DNA of 64,000 nucleotides from an uncultured Bacilli bacterium (GTDB lineage: Bacteria > Bacillota_I > Bacilli_A > RF39 > UBA660). The position numbers were made by a program, and so were the translations under genes. The DNA is taken from NCBI GenBank assembly GCA_947629445.1, contig CANRDU010000005.1, forward strand, positions 1,257 to 65,256, given 5' to 3'. Below the pieces are notes generated by a model. The model saw only the letters and a list, made by a program, of their open reading frames with translations. It was not told where the DNA came from and did not search any database. Below, one piece after another: positions 17,673 through 27,100 of this stretch (positions are counted from its first letter, which is position 1; each line of letters begins with the position of its first letter).

Positions 17673-18413
17673 ATGAATATGAATAAGTATGATAAATTAT
17701 ATGATGAAATTCAAAATGGGCACTATCTTCGGGGGGAACAATTAGCAAAAACAATCATTCAAGAGGTTGAAAAACAATTAGGATTTCATTTTCAATTTCA
17801 GCAAACGGCGGATTATACTAATCAACTTCTTGCGTTAATAGCAACGAAATATCAACCGTATTTTTTGCCACTTCTGGAAAAATATGGGTATAGTTATTTT
17901 GGGGAAATGCAACATATTATTCGTAATATGGGATTTTTTCCTAATCCTCAAGGAATGATAAAGTTTCCGAATTGTTTGGGTTGTCAAATGATTCCTGGTG
18001 GATATGTTTTAGAAACTACGAGAGGGAATATTACAGTATATTATGCATCTCAATATTTTTCTAATTTGAAACCATATATTTTATTGTTTAAGTGTCATAG
18101 TGCTTGTTTGGATGTTTTACATGGTTTCGGAGGTTTGAGTGCAAGTACAGGACTAATTGATTTACCATTAGGTGGGAAACATTATCACTCTTTTATTAAT
18201 TATGGAAATGGCATTATTGATTTAGCTCACAATGCCTACTTATCGAAAGATGATTATGACCTTGCTTTTCACCCTGAGGTATTAAATACAGTTACGGCAG
18301 ATATATTAGAAGAGGAAGAAAAAAGGATTAATCAACAAGAAAGTCTATCAAAACCGAAACAACTTCTCCTTCGATTAGCACTAGATAAACAAATAAAAAA
18401 GAAAGAAACTTAA
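17673..18413 (+). CDS. hypothetical protein with possible Cys-His-Asp (transglutaminase/papain-like) signature
   Basis: LFKCHSACLDVLHGFGG ... GKHYHSFINYGNGIIDLAHN. It starts 2 nt after the previous stop (ATG 17673 or 17679). Confidence 0.4.
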   Translation: MNMNKYDKLYDEIQNGHYLRGEQLAKTIIQEVEKQLGFHFQFQQTADYTNQLLALIATKYQPYFLPLLEKYGYSYFGEMQHIIRNMGFFPNPQGMIKFPNCLGCQMIPGGYVLETTRGNITVYYASQYFSNLKPYILLFKCHSACLDVLHGFGGLSASTGLIDLPLGGKHYHSFINYGNGIIDLAHNAYLSKDDYDLAFHPEVLNTVTADILEEEEKRINQQESLSKPKQLLLRLALDKQIKKKET

Positions 18414-18464
18414 ATTGGAAGTGGTTTATTTTAAATTTCCAACGCCAAACTTAAGTTTCTTTCT
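18397..18464. terminator. large nested inverted repeat / bidirectional terminator
   Basis: Perfect 15-bp outer arms AAGAAAGAAACTTAA / TTAAGTTTCTTTCTT with an inner TTGGAA/TTCCAA stem, between convergent genes. Confidence 0.7.
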
Positions 18465-18749
18465 TTATTTTTTCTTATGAAAAGCAATTTTATAGCGAAA
18501 TCCTGATTTTTCAATGATAATGTAAGAATTTTTTTCTCGCTCATAACGAACTGGTGTTTTTTTTGTGTAGGCATTCATTAGGAGTAACTGCTCGTATTCT
18601 TCGATACCTCCAGACACGTAATAAGTGATTCTTTTGTAGGTATCTGTTTCTGTTACAATAGGACCTTTTTTGATTTTACCAGTATAGGCTGGAAATTCGC
18701 CAAATTCGATTGGTAATTGCATTTTCTTTTTTCCAAATAGTGATAGCAT
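18465..18749 (-). CDS. hypothetical small protein
   Basis: 94-aa ORF with a GAAAGGA RBS. No motif recognised. Confidence 0.45.
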   Translation of the reverse strand: MLSLFGKKKMQLPIEFGEFPAYTGKIKKGPIVTETDTYKRITYYVSGGIEEYEQLLLMNAYTKKTPVRYEREKNSYIIIEKSGFRYKIAFHKKK

Positions 18750-18855
18750 AGTTTTTGTATCCTTTCTGTTTTTAATTTTAACATAAATAAGAAATATTTA
18801 CTAGGAAGTGATTTCAAAAAAAGATTATTTTGATATAATGATTACGAGGTGGATT

Positions 18856-19587
18856 ATGAATCGAGTGGTATTAATTACAGGGGCAAGTAGAGGAATTGGA
18901 GCAAGTACTGCTTTACAATTTGCAAAGAATCATGACAAAGTCATTATCAATTATTGTCATAGCAAGGAAAGAGCAGATGCCCTTGTTCAAAAGATAGAAG
19001 AAATGGGTGAACAAGCTCTTGCAATTGCCTGTGATATTACAAAAGAAAATGAAATTCACGAAATGGTTGAAAAGGTTATTCATACTTATGGCAGAATCGA
19101 TGTTCTTGTGAATAATGCAGCGATTGATATTGGAGACTCATTCATGGATCACACGGTAGAAAATTTTAGAAAAGTAATCGATACGAATCTGATTGGAATG
19201 TTTTCTGTTAGTAGAGAAGTATCAAAATACATGTTACAGGAAAAAAAGGGTGTTATTATTAATTTGTCTTCTAATAATGGTATTGATTGTTATTCTCCTA
19301 TCAGTATCGATTATGATGCCTCTAAAGCAGCGATTATTAATTTAACGCATAATTTAGCATTACAATTTGCGCCTTATATTCGGGTGAATGCTGTCGCACC
19401 TGGATGGACAAAAACGGAATCCGTAATGGAAATGTCTCCTTCTTTTTTAGAGGAAGAAACTAAGAAAATTTTATTAGAGAGAATGGCAGAACCAGAAGAA
19501 ATTGCAAAAGTAATATTTTTCTTAGCTAGTGATGAGGCTAGTTATATAAATAGTACTGTTATTCGGATAGATGGAGGAATAAAATGA
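18856..19587 (+). CDS. SDR-family oxidoreductase (FabG-like)
   Basis: TGASRGIG cofactor motif, NNAA, catalytic YDASKAA. ATG 18856 has a GAGGTGG RBS. Confidence 0.9.
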   Translation: MNRVVLITGASRGIGASTALQFAKNHDKVIINYCHSKERADALVQKIEEMGEQALAIACDITKENEIHEMVEKVIHTYGRIDVLVNNAAIDIGDSFMDHTVENFRKVIDTNLIGMFSVSREVSKYMLQEKKGVIINLSSNNGIDCYSPISIDYDASKAAIINLTHNLALQFAPYIRVNAVAPGWTKTESVMEMSPSFLEEETKKILLERMAEPEEIAKVIFFLASDEASYINSTVIRIDGGIK

Positions 19588-20831
19588 CAAAAAAGGAATT
19601 AGAAAACTTTATCGAGGAATGTGAAGGTTCTTTAAAAGACGAATTTGCGATGATTGATAAACAGAGTTTTGAAAATAGTAGAAGAGTTTTAAAGGCTTTT
19701 CAAGATCATCATTTATCCATGGCTCATTTTGATTCTACAACGGGATATGGGTATGATGATTTAGGAAGAGATACCATCGAGAAAATATTTGCACAAGTAT
19801 TAGGTTCAGAAGATGCTCTTGTTCGTAATCAATTTATTTCGGGAAGTCATGCATTAACCGTTGCTCTTTTTGCTTATTTAAGACCAGGTGATTTGATGCT
19901 AAGTATTACAGGAACTCCCTATGACACTCTTCATGAAGTAATCGGTATCAAAGAAAATCCAAGTTCTTTAAAGTCTTTTGGAGTTTCCTATGATCAAATT
20001 GATTTAAAAGATGATGATTTTGATGAAAAACAGATTGTTGACTATTTACAAAATCACTCTGTCAAGTTGATAGAAATTCAACGCTCTAAAGGGTATTCTA
20101 CTAGAAAGAGTATTACGATAGACAAAGTAGAACATATTATAAAAACTATTAGAAAAATTGATAAAAAAGTAATAATTATGGTAGATAATTGCTACTGCGA
20201 GTTTGTCAGTGATAAAGAACCAGTAATGGTCGGGGCAGATGTCATGGTAGGGTCTCTCATCAAAAATTTAGGGGGAGGAATTGCTCCTAATGGTGCTTAT
20301 ATTGCAGGTAAAAAAGAATTAGTAGAATTAGCAGCAGAGCGTTTAACATTACCAGGCGAAGGAAGGGAAGTAGGACCTAGCCTAGGGGTAAATAAATCTT
20401 TAGCGCAAGGACTTTTTTTTGCTCCTAGTGTGGTAGCGAGTAGTTTGAAGATTGCTGTTTTAACTAGTTATGCTCTTGAAAAACTGGGTTATGAGGTAGA
20501 GCCTAAATATCAAGACAAAAGGGCAGATATTGTTCAAAATATATGTTTCCACGATGCGGATAAACTAATTCGTTATTGTCAAGGAATTCAAAAAGGATCC
20601 CCAATTGATGCTTTTGCTGTTCCAGAACCATGGGATATGCCAGGATATAGTGACAAAGTGATTATGGCGGCTGGTGCTTTTACACAGGGATCTTCTATTG
20701 AACTATCTTGCGATGGACCTATTAGAGAACCTTTTATTGCTTATCAACAAGGGGGACTTACCTATGAATATGGGAAGTTAGGACTACTTTCTGCATTAGA
20801 AGAGTTAGAAAAGTGCAAAGGTGATGAATAG
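19584..20831 (+). CDS. methionine gamma-lyase-family PLP protein (YnbB / aluminium-resistance-like)
   Basis: Characteristic N-terminus (FENSRRVLKAFQDHHLSMAHFDSTTGYGYDDLGRD). 4-nt overlap with the SDR gene. Confidence 0.75.
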   Translation: MTKKELENFIEECEGSLKDEFAMIDKQSFENSRRVLKAFQDHHLSMAHFDSTTGYGYDDLGRDTIEKIFAQVLGSEDALVRNQFISGSHALTVALFAYLRPGDLMLSITGTPYDTLHEVIGIKENPSSLKSFGVSYDQIDLKDDDFDEKQIVDYLQNHSVKLIEIQRSKGYSTRKSITIDKVEHIIKTIRKIDKKVIIMVDNCYCEFVSDKEPVMVGADVMVGSLIKNLGGGIAPNGAYIAGKKELVELAAERLTLPGEGREVGPSLGVNKSLAQGLFFAPSVVASSLKIAVLTSYALEKLGYEVEPKYQDKRADIVQNICFHDADKLIRYCQGIQKGSPIDAFAVPEPWDMPGYSDKVIMAAGAFTQGSSIELSCDGPIREPFIAYQQGGLTYEYGKLGLLSALEELEKCKGDE

Positions 20832-20908
20832 TTGGTAGTATTATGAAAATATGACAACAAGTTTTGCAAGAATATTTTGTTATTAGAAAAGATATTAAAG
20901 GGAAATGA

Positions 20909-20940
20909 GTTATGGACAAAAAAGTGCGTAACTTTTTTGA
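20909..20940 (+). repeat. degenerate copy of the adhesin-gene terminator (direct repeat partner of 28672-28703)
   Basis: GTTATGGACAAAAAAGTGCGTAACTTTTTTGA versus GTTATGGACAAAAAGTTCATAACTTTTTTTGA: 2 mismatches plus 2 single-nt indels. Confidence 0.7.
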
Positions 20941-21008
20941 TGTTCTGATGCGAAAAAAAGAATCTTTTTTGAACTTCTTTTTTTAAATTTATTTTTAAAA
21001 AATTTTAA

Positions 21009-21026
21009 TTTTTTTTTTTTTTTTTT
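21009..21026 (+). repeat. T18 homopolymer upstream of the giant surface-protein gene
   Basis: 18 consecutive T counted directly in the sequence. Confidence 0.95.
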
Positions 21027-21083
21027 GTGATATCTTTACTATGATAGATGTATAAGTAAAAAGGATAATGGGAGTAAAAAGTT

Positions 21084-21113
21084 TTGACTACAGACCATTG
21101 TTAAAAATATTAT
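21084..21113 (+). promoter_or_regulatory. candidate promoter of the surface-protein gene
   Basis: TTGACT, 18-nt spacer, TATTAT. An alternative -10, TATGAT at 21040-21045, would place the T-tract over the -35 and spacer. Confidence 0.4.
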
Positions 21114-21141
21114 CAAAAAAAACTAGTAGAGGTGAACGATT

Positions 21142-24100
21142 TTGAAAAAAATAAAATTTTCTAAAAGAGCAATTAGAAAAATGAAAAATATAAGTAAAAA
21201 GTGTGTACTACTTCTGTTAGTAGTTTCAGTATTTTTGCTTGAAATAGAATGGGGAATTTCTACAAGGATAGTAGGAGGAATTGTTTCTTTGTTAGGGGGA
21301 ACTTCAAACTCTAGTGAAGTCCAATCTATTTTAGCAAATTCAAAATCTTATGTAGCTGATAATAATACTATGGATAACTATATTAATTTCTTTAATCTAG
21401 CAAATAATTCTCGTGCTGCGGGTAGAGTTTGGGCTGATAAAACGGTTTCTAAAGGAGCTATTACTTTGGATATGGCAACAGATGGCTATGATGGCACTAT
21501 TACGAATAATAGCGAGTTTTTGCACGTTTATAGTTTATTAGGAAGTAGCCAAGTAGATAATACGACAGAAAGCATTCCGATGGATGTTATATTTGTTATT
21601 GACGTTTCTGCTTCCATGGGAGGAAGTGCAACTAGTTCAACAGGGAAGACAAAGGCAGATTCTCGTATTGGAAAAGTTGTCCAATCTATGAACGAAGGAA
21701 TTGACTATTTAATGAAAATTAATGGTGGTCAAAATCGGGTTGGAATTGTTGTTTATGGCTCTTATGCTGCAGAACTTTTACCTTTGGGACACTATACAGC
21801 AAATTCTGGTAACGAGTATATTACATTGACAAGTGATACTGGTGGAGATTGGAGACCGGGGGTTGGAAGCACCCAACATTTTAAATTAGGCACCAATGTT
21901 AAAGAAATTTCTGAAGCAAAAGAAGTTACCAATTGTGGCTCTAATACCAATCCACAATCAGGAATTTGGATGGGATTAAAACAGTTGTTTACTGCTGAAA
22001 ATACCGTATATACGACCTTTACTACCAAGACGAAAATTAGTAGACAGCCTATTCTTTTATTCTTTAGTGATGGTGGTGCTAATGCTATCTCTAAAGGAGA
22101 ATGGTATAATCCAAATGATACAGGATATGGAGCAGATGGTGGTAGTAGTAATCATAATGATGACTTACATCAAACTTTATTTGAAGCGAACACTGATACT
22201 AATCACAGCGCTGAGAATGGATCTACTGCTATTTTGCAAACTTTAATGACTGCTTCTTATGCAAAGTCCCGTGTTGAACATCATTATGCGGAGGAAGCTC
22301 AAAAAGCAGGAATTAGTGATGCACCAGTTTTAGACGTGTATTCTTTTGGAATTGATACGGCATCTATTCGCGCTTTAAATACGTCTAATTCAGGTGATAG
22401 AGGTGCTTGGGCAACTCCACGATTAAATGCTATTATGGACCCAAGTCGTTATTTTCAAGCTACGGATACGTATACCTATCCAAATAATATGACTTCACAA
22501 GCAAAGGCATCTACAGAAAATGTTATTGCCAATGCTTATAGTCAGTGGCAAAATTGGATTAATAATCAAACTGCGAGTTTACAATATCACCCAGGACGTT
22601 CTACGAGTTCATTATCTACTCTTGAATTTCCGCAACTTCCTAGTGATAACTACAATGGTGTTTCTAAGAGTGACATTATTAAAAATATTAATTTTGTTCC
22701 ATTAGATCATTTTCATGAAGTAGAATCTGAAAATTTATCGACTTTATTTAGTGAAATCTTACAAAAATTTTCTAGTGCTTGGTTTAAACCAGTAGCGGGT
22801 AATAATGATGCTGGTTTTAAAGAAGCGGTATCCTATATTGATCCCGTTGGTAAATATATGGAAGTGAAAGATGTTAGAAATGTTTTACTATTTGGAACTC
22901 TCTATAACGTCAAAAAAGATAAAATTGTTTATTATACGGAACAAGTAGATGGTCAAGTAACGGAATCAGAAACCAAACCTGAGCAATATAGTTATAGTCG
23001 TCAATATTATAAAATTGAATCAAGTAATAATGAAATTGAAAATCCTTGTTACAATTTAAAAGAAGGAGGAGAAAAAGTCACCTTCAAATTAAGTGAGATT
23101 GATATATATGTGGAGAAAACAAATGGTCATGCTGATACGGAGATTGGAAAAGGGATTGAATCAGATTCCCATTATGATGAAGCTTTACATATTAATGTTC
23201 CAACGAATGCTATTCCTCTTCAAGTAGCTACTATAGAGGTAAATACTCAGGGAAATGTTTCTTCTTATACAACCAATGTTAACAGTCCAACAATGTCTAC
23301 CCCTTTACGGGTATTCTATGATGTTGGGATTGCGGATGAATTTTTAACAGAAGATCGTTTAGATATCGATCTTGGAAAGTTAAGCGAAGAATATATCGAA
23401 GCGAATAAGGATAGTAATGGGGATTTATATTTTTATTCAAACTGGTATGTTAAAGATAAAAAATATGAGGGATATTCTACAGCAGGACCTCAAGAATATG
23501 GAGACACTGTTGTAAGTTTTTCTCCTAGTATTGATAATCGGTTCTATGTATTTCAACGGGCCTTACCTCTTTATGAGATGAGTAATCCTAGTGAAAGATA
23601 TTCAGAAATAGATTTAGAGGATGAGGCTACTTATCAAGCATGGATTAATAGTCATCAGCAAATTACCGATCCTTCTAAGATTAATTCTGATAGTTGGTAT
23701 TATATTGTTATTGATTATTATAAAGCAGGATCTTCTAAGCCTGTCCATGTAGCAGTTGCGAGAAAAGGAAATGAATTTGGTTCTGCTATTGCTGGAGATG
23801 ATGTAAAATCTGGAGAGTATTTATGCTGGTATAGTGCTCAAGCCAATGACTGGGAGCCGTATTCTAGTACTAAGCCATCTAAAGACGGAATTAATGACTG
23901 GGTAGTGGCAACAAAACCAGGTGGAATTCGTGTTGGAAATATGGCTAATAGTATTCAAGTAAAAAGTACGAACCCAACAAGAACTTCTAGAAATTATTAT
24001 GTTCCAACAATCAGTAATTCTACTAAGCCAGGAGATCAGGCACAAATTGTTATTAATAATTATTTAGGAAATAATGGTAGATTGAGTATATCTGATGCGA

Positions 24101-27100
24101 CTTTGATGTTAACCAAGGAAGTTACTTCTTCTACTACCAATATTCCAAAAGAAGAATTTAATTATACTTTAAATGTAGAAACAAAAGAGGGGGATTTTAA
24201 AGCAATTCTTCTTAGAAAGCATGAGGAACATTGGGATTATTTGTTTGATAATGTAACAGTTATGCTAGATACAGAGGGATTCTTACTTTCTCATAGTGGC
24301 AATCGTGTAGAAACTACTTATAATGGTAAAACGGTTTATATGAAGTATTCAGGGAATCAGGATATTCAAAATCAGTCTGTATTGGCTACTGAAAAAGATG
24401 GAGATATTCAAGAGTTTGAAGTTCCTGTCAAATATTATGAAAAAGTAGGATATGCCGATGCGGATGACAAACCTATTACTGATACTATTTTTCAAGCAGT
24501 TGTATGGAAGACAGCAGTTGGGGAAAGTGAAAACGGAGAATCTAATCAATATGCAGACTTGTACTGGACAAATTCTACTTTTAAAACAGTTGATATTAAA
24601 TTTGGTTATAGTGAAGAAACAAAAGCTAGATTAGGTAATAAACCAGATGGTTGGACAGACGAAGAGTGGAATTTACCGGCTCATACTGCAAAAATTAAGA
24701 TAAAAGGAAATGAAGGTATTCTAATCAATGGAATTACAGTTGGAGCAAAGTATACTGTAGAAGAAGAGGAAACTACTGAAAATAATGATCATGGATTTTA
24801 TTTTGAAAAAGTAGAAGGAAGTACAATTAACGGATTACAAATTGAAGGAAAAAAAGCATCTGGAACCATCAGCAGTAATGTAAGAGATGAAGTGCATTAT
24901 ACAAATCGGTATATTTCTCCTGTTGACTTGACTATTACGAAAACAATTAGAGGAGAAGAAGGAGATCGAAATCGAGATTGGCAATTTACTCTTACGCTAA
25001 CTCCTCCTGCTGGAAAAACTTTAGAAACTTCATACAATTATACTGGAACACGTAGTGGAACATTGAATTTCACAAAAAATCAGTCAGGAACTTATACGGC
25101 AACATTTACTTTGAAAGATAGTGAAACAATTACGATACAAGATTTACCAAATGGAACGGAATATGACGTAGAAGAAAATGGGGCAAATCAAGAAGGATAT
25201 GTAACAACGTTTACCAATAACAAAGGAACATTAACAGAAGATAAAACAGTAGCTTTTTATAATACCAAGTATTCTCTTCACAATTTAATTATTAGTAAGC
25301 AAGTAACTGGCGATTTAGGAGAAACCAATAAGGATTTTACGTTTGTTGTAACACTTACTCCTGCTAGTGATGTTAGTCTTAATTCAACTTATCATTATAC
25401 AGGCTCAAAAAATGGAGATATGACATTTAATCGTCAAGAGGACGGAAGTTATACTGGAGAAATTACTTTAAAATCAGGAGAAACCATCACGATAGAGAAT
25501 ATTCCAGAAAGAACGACTTATAAGGTCGAGGAAACAGAAGCTAATAAAGATGGTTATATTACGCAAGTGGATGGAAATGCAACCGGAACATTTGCTAATC
25601 AAAAAGATGAAACCATAACGTTTACGAATATTAAATATTCTCTTCATAAGTTAAAGATTAGTAAAGAAGTAACTGGAAATCAGGGCGAAAAAGAAAGAGA
25701 GTGGACGTTTAAAGTTACTCTAACCCCAGATGAAGGTGTCATTTTTGGTACAACTTATCATTATACAGGCTCAAAAAATGGAGATGTGACATTTAATCGT
25801 CAAGAGGACGGAAGTTATACTGGAGAAATTACTTTAAAATCAGGAGAAACAATAACGATAGAAGGTATTCCAGAAAGAACAAGTTATCAAGTAGAAGAAT
25901 TAAAAGCAAATCAGGATGGCTATATTACAAAAACGCAAGGTAATCCAACAGGAAAATTCACAAATCAAGAGGAAGAAGTTATTCAATTTATCAATACCAA
26001 GTATTCCCTTCATAATCTAAAAATTAGTAAAGAGGTAGTTGGAAATTGGGGAGAACAAACTAAAGATTGGAAATTTAAGATTACTCTAACGCCAGAAGAA
26101 GATGTTATTTTTGAAGAAAGTTACCATTATAGTGGTTCTAAAGAAGGAACATTGGAATTCACAAAACAAGGTGACGAAAGTTATGTTGGAGAAATTACTT
26201 TAAAATCAGGAGAGACAATAACGATAGAAGGAATTCCAGAAAGAACAAGTTATCAAGTAGAAGAAGTAGAAGCAAATCAAGATGGTTATACTACAAAAAC
26301 GCAAGGTCATTCAACGGGAAAATTTACAAATCAAGAGGAAGAATCTATTCAATTTACAAATACAAAATATTCTCTTCATGATTTAAAAATCAGTAAACAA
26401 GTAGCTGGTGATTTAGGGGAAAGAAATAAAGATTTTACGTTTGTTGTAACACTTACTCCTGCTATTGATGTTAGCCTTAATCAAACTTATCATTATACAG
26501 GATCTAAAGAGGGAACAATAGAATTTAAAAAACAAGAAAATGCAAGTTATATTGGTAAGATTACTTTAAAATCAGGGGAAACTATCACAATAGAGGATAT
26601 TCCAGAAAGAACGACTTATAAGGTAGAAGAAGTAGAAGCAAATCAAAATGGTTATATTACGCAAGTGAATGGAAATGCAACAGGAACTTTTACTAGCCAA
26701 AATGAAGAAACGATAACTTTTACGAATACGAAATATTCTCTTCACAAATTAAGCATTAGTAAAGAAGTAATTGGAAATCAAGGCGAAAAAGAAAAAGATT
26801 GGACATTTAAAGTAACGTTAAAGCCAGAAGAAGATGTTATTTTTGGCACAACTTATCGCTATAGTGGTTCTAAAGAAGGAACATTGGAATTCACAAAACA
26901 AGGTGACGGAAGTTATATTGGTGAAATCACTTTAAAATCAGGGGAAAGTGTGGCGATAGAAGGAATTCCAGAAAGAACAACTTATAAGGTAGAAGAAGTA
27001 GAAGCAAATCAAGATGGCTATATTACGCAAGTGAATGGAAATGCAACAGGAAAATTTGATAGTCAAAGCGGAGAAAATATTAAGTTTACAAATATTAGAT

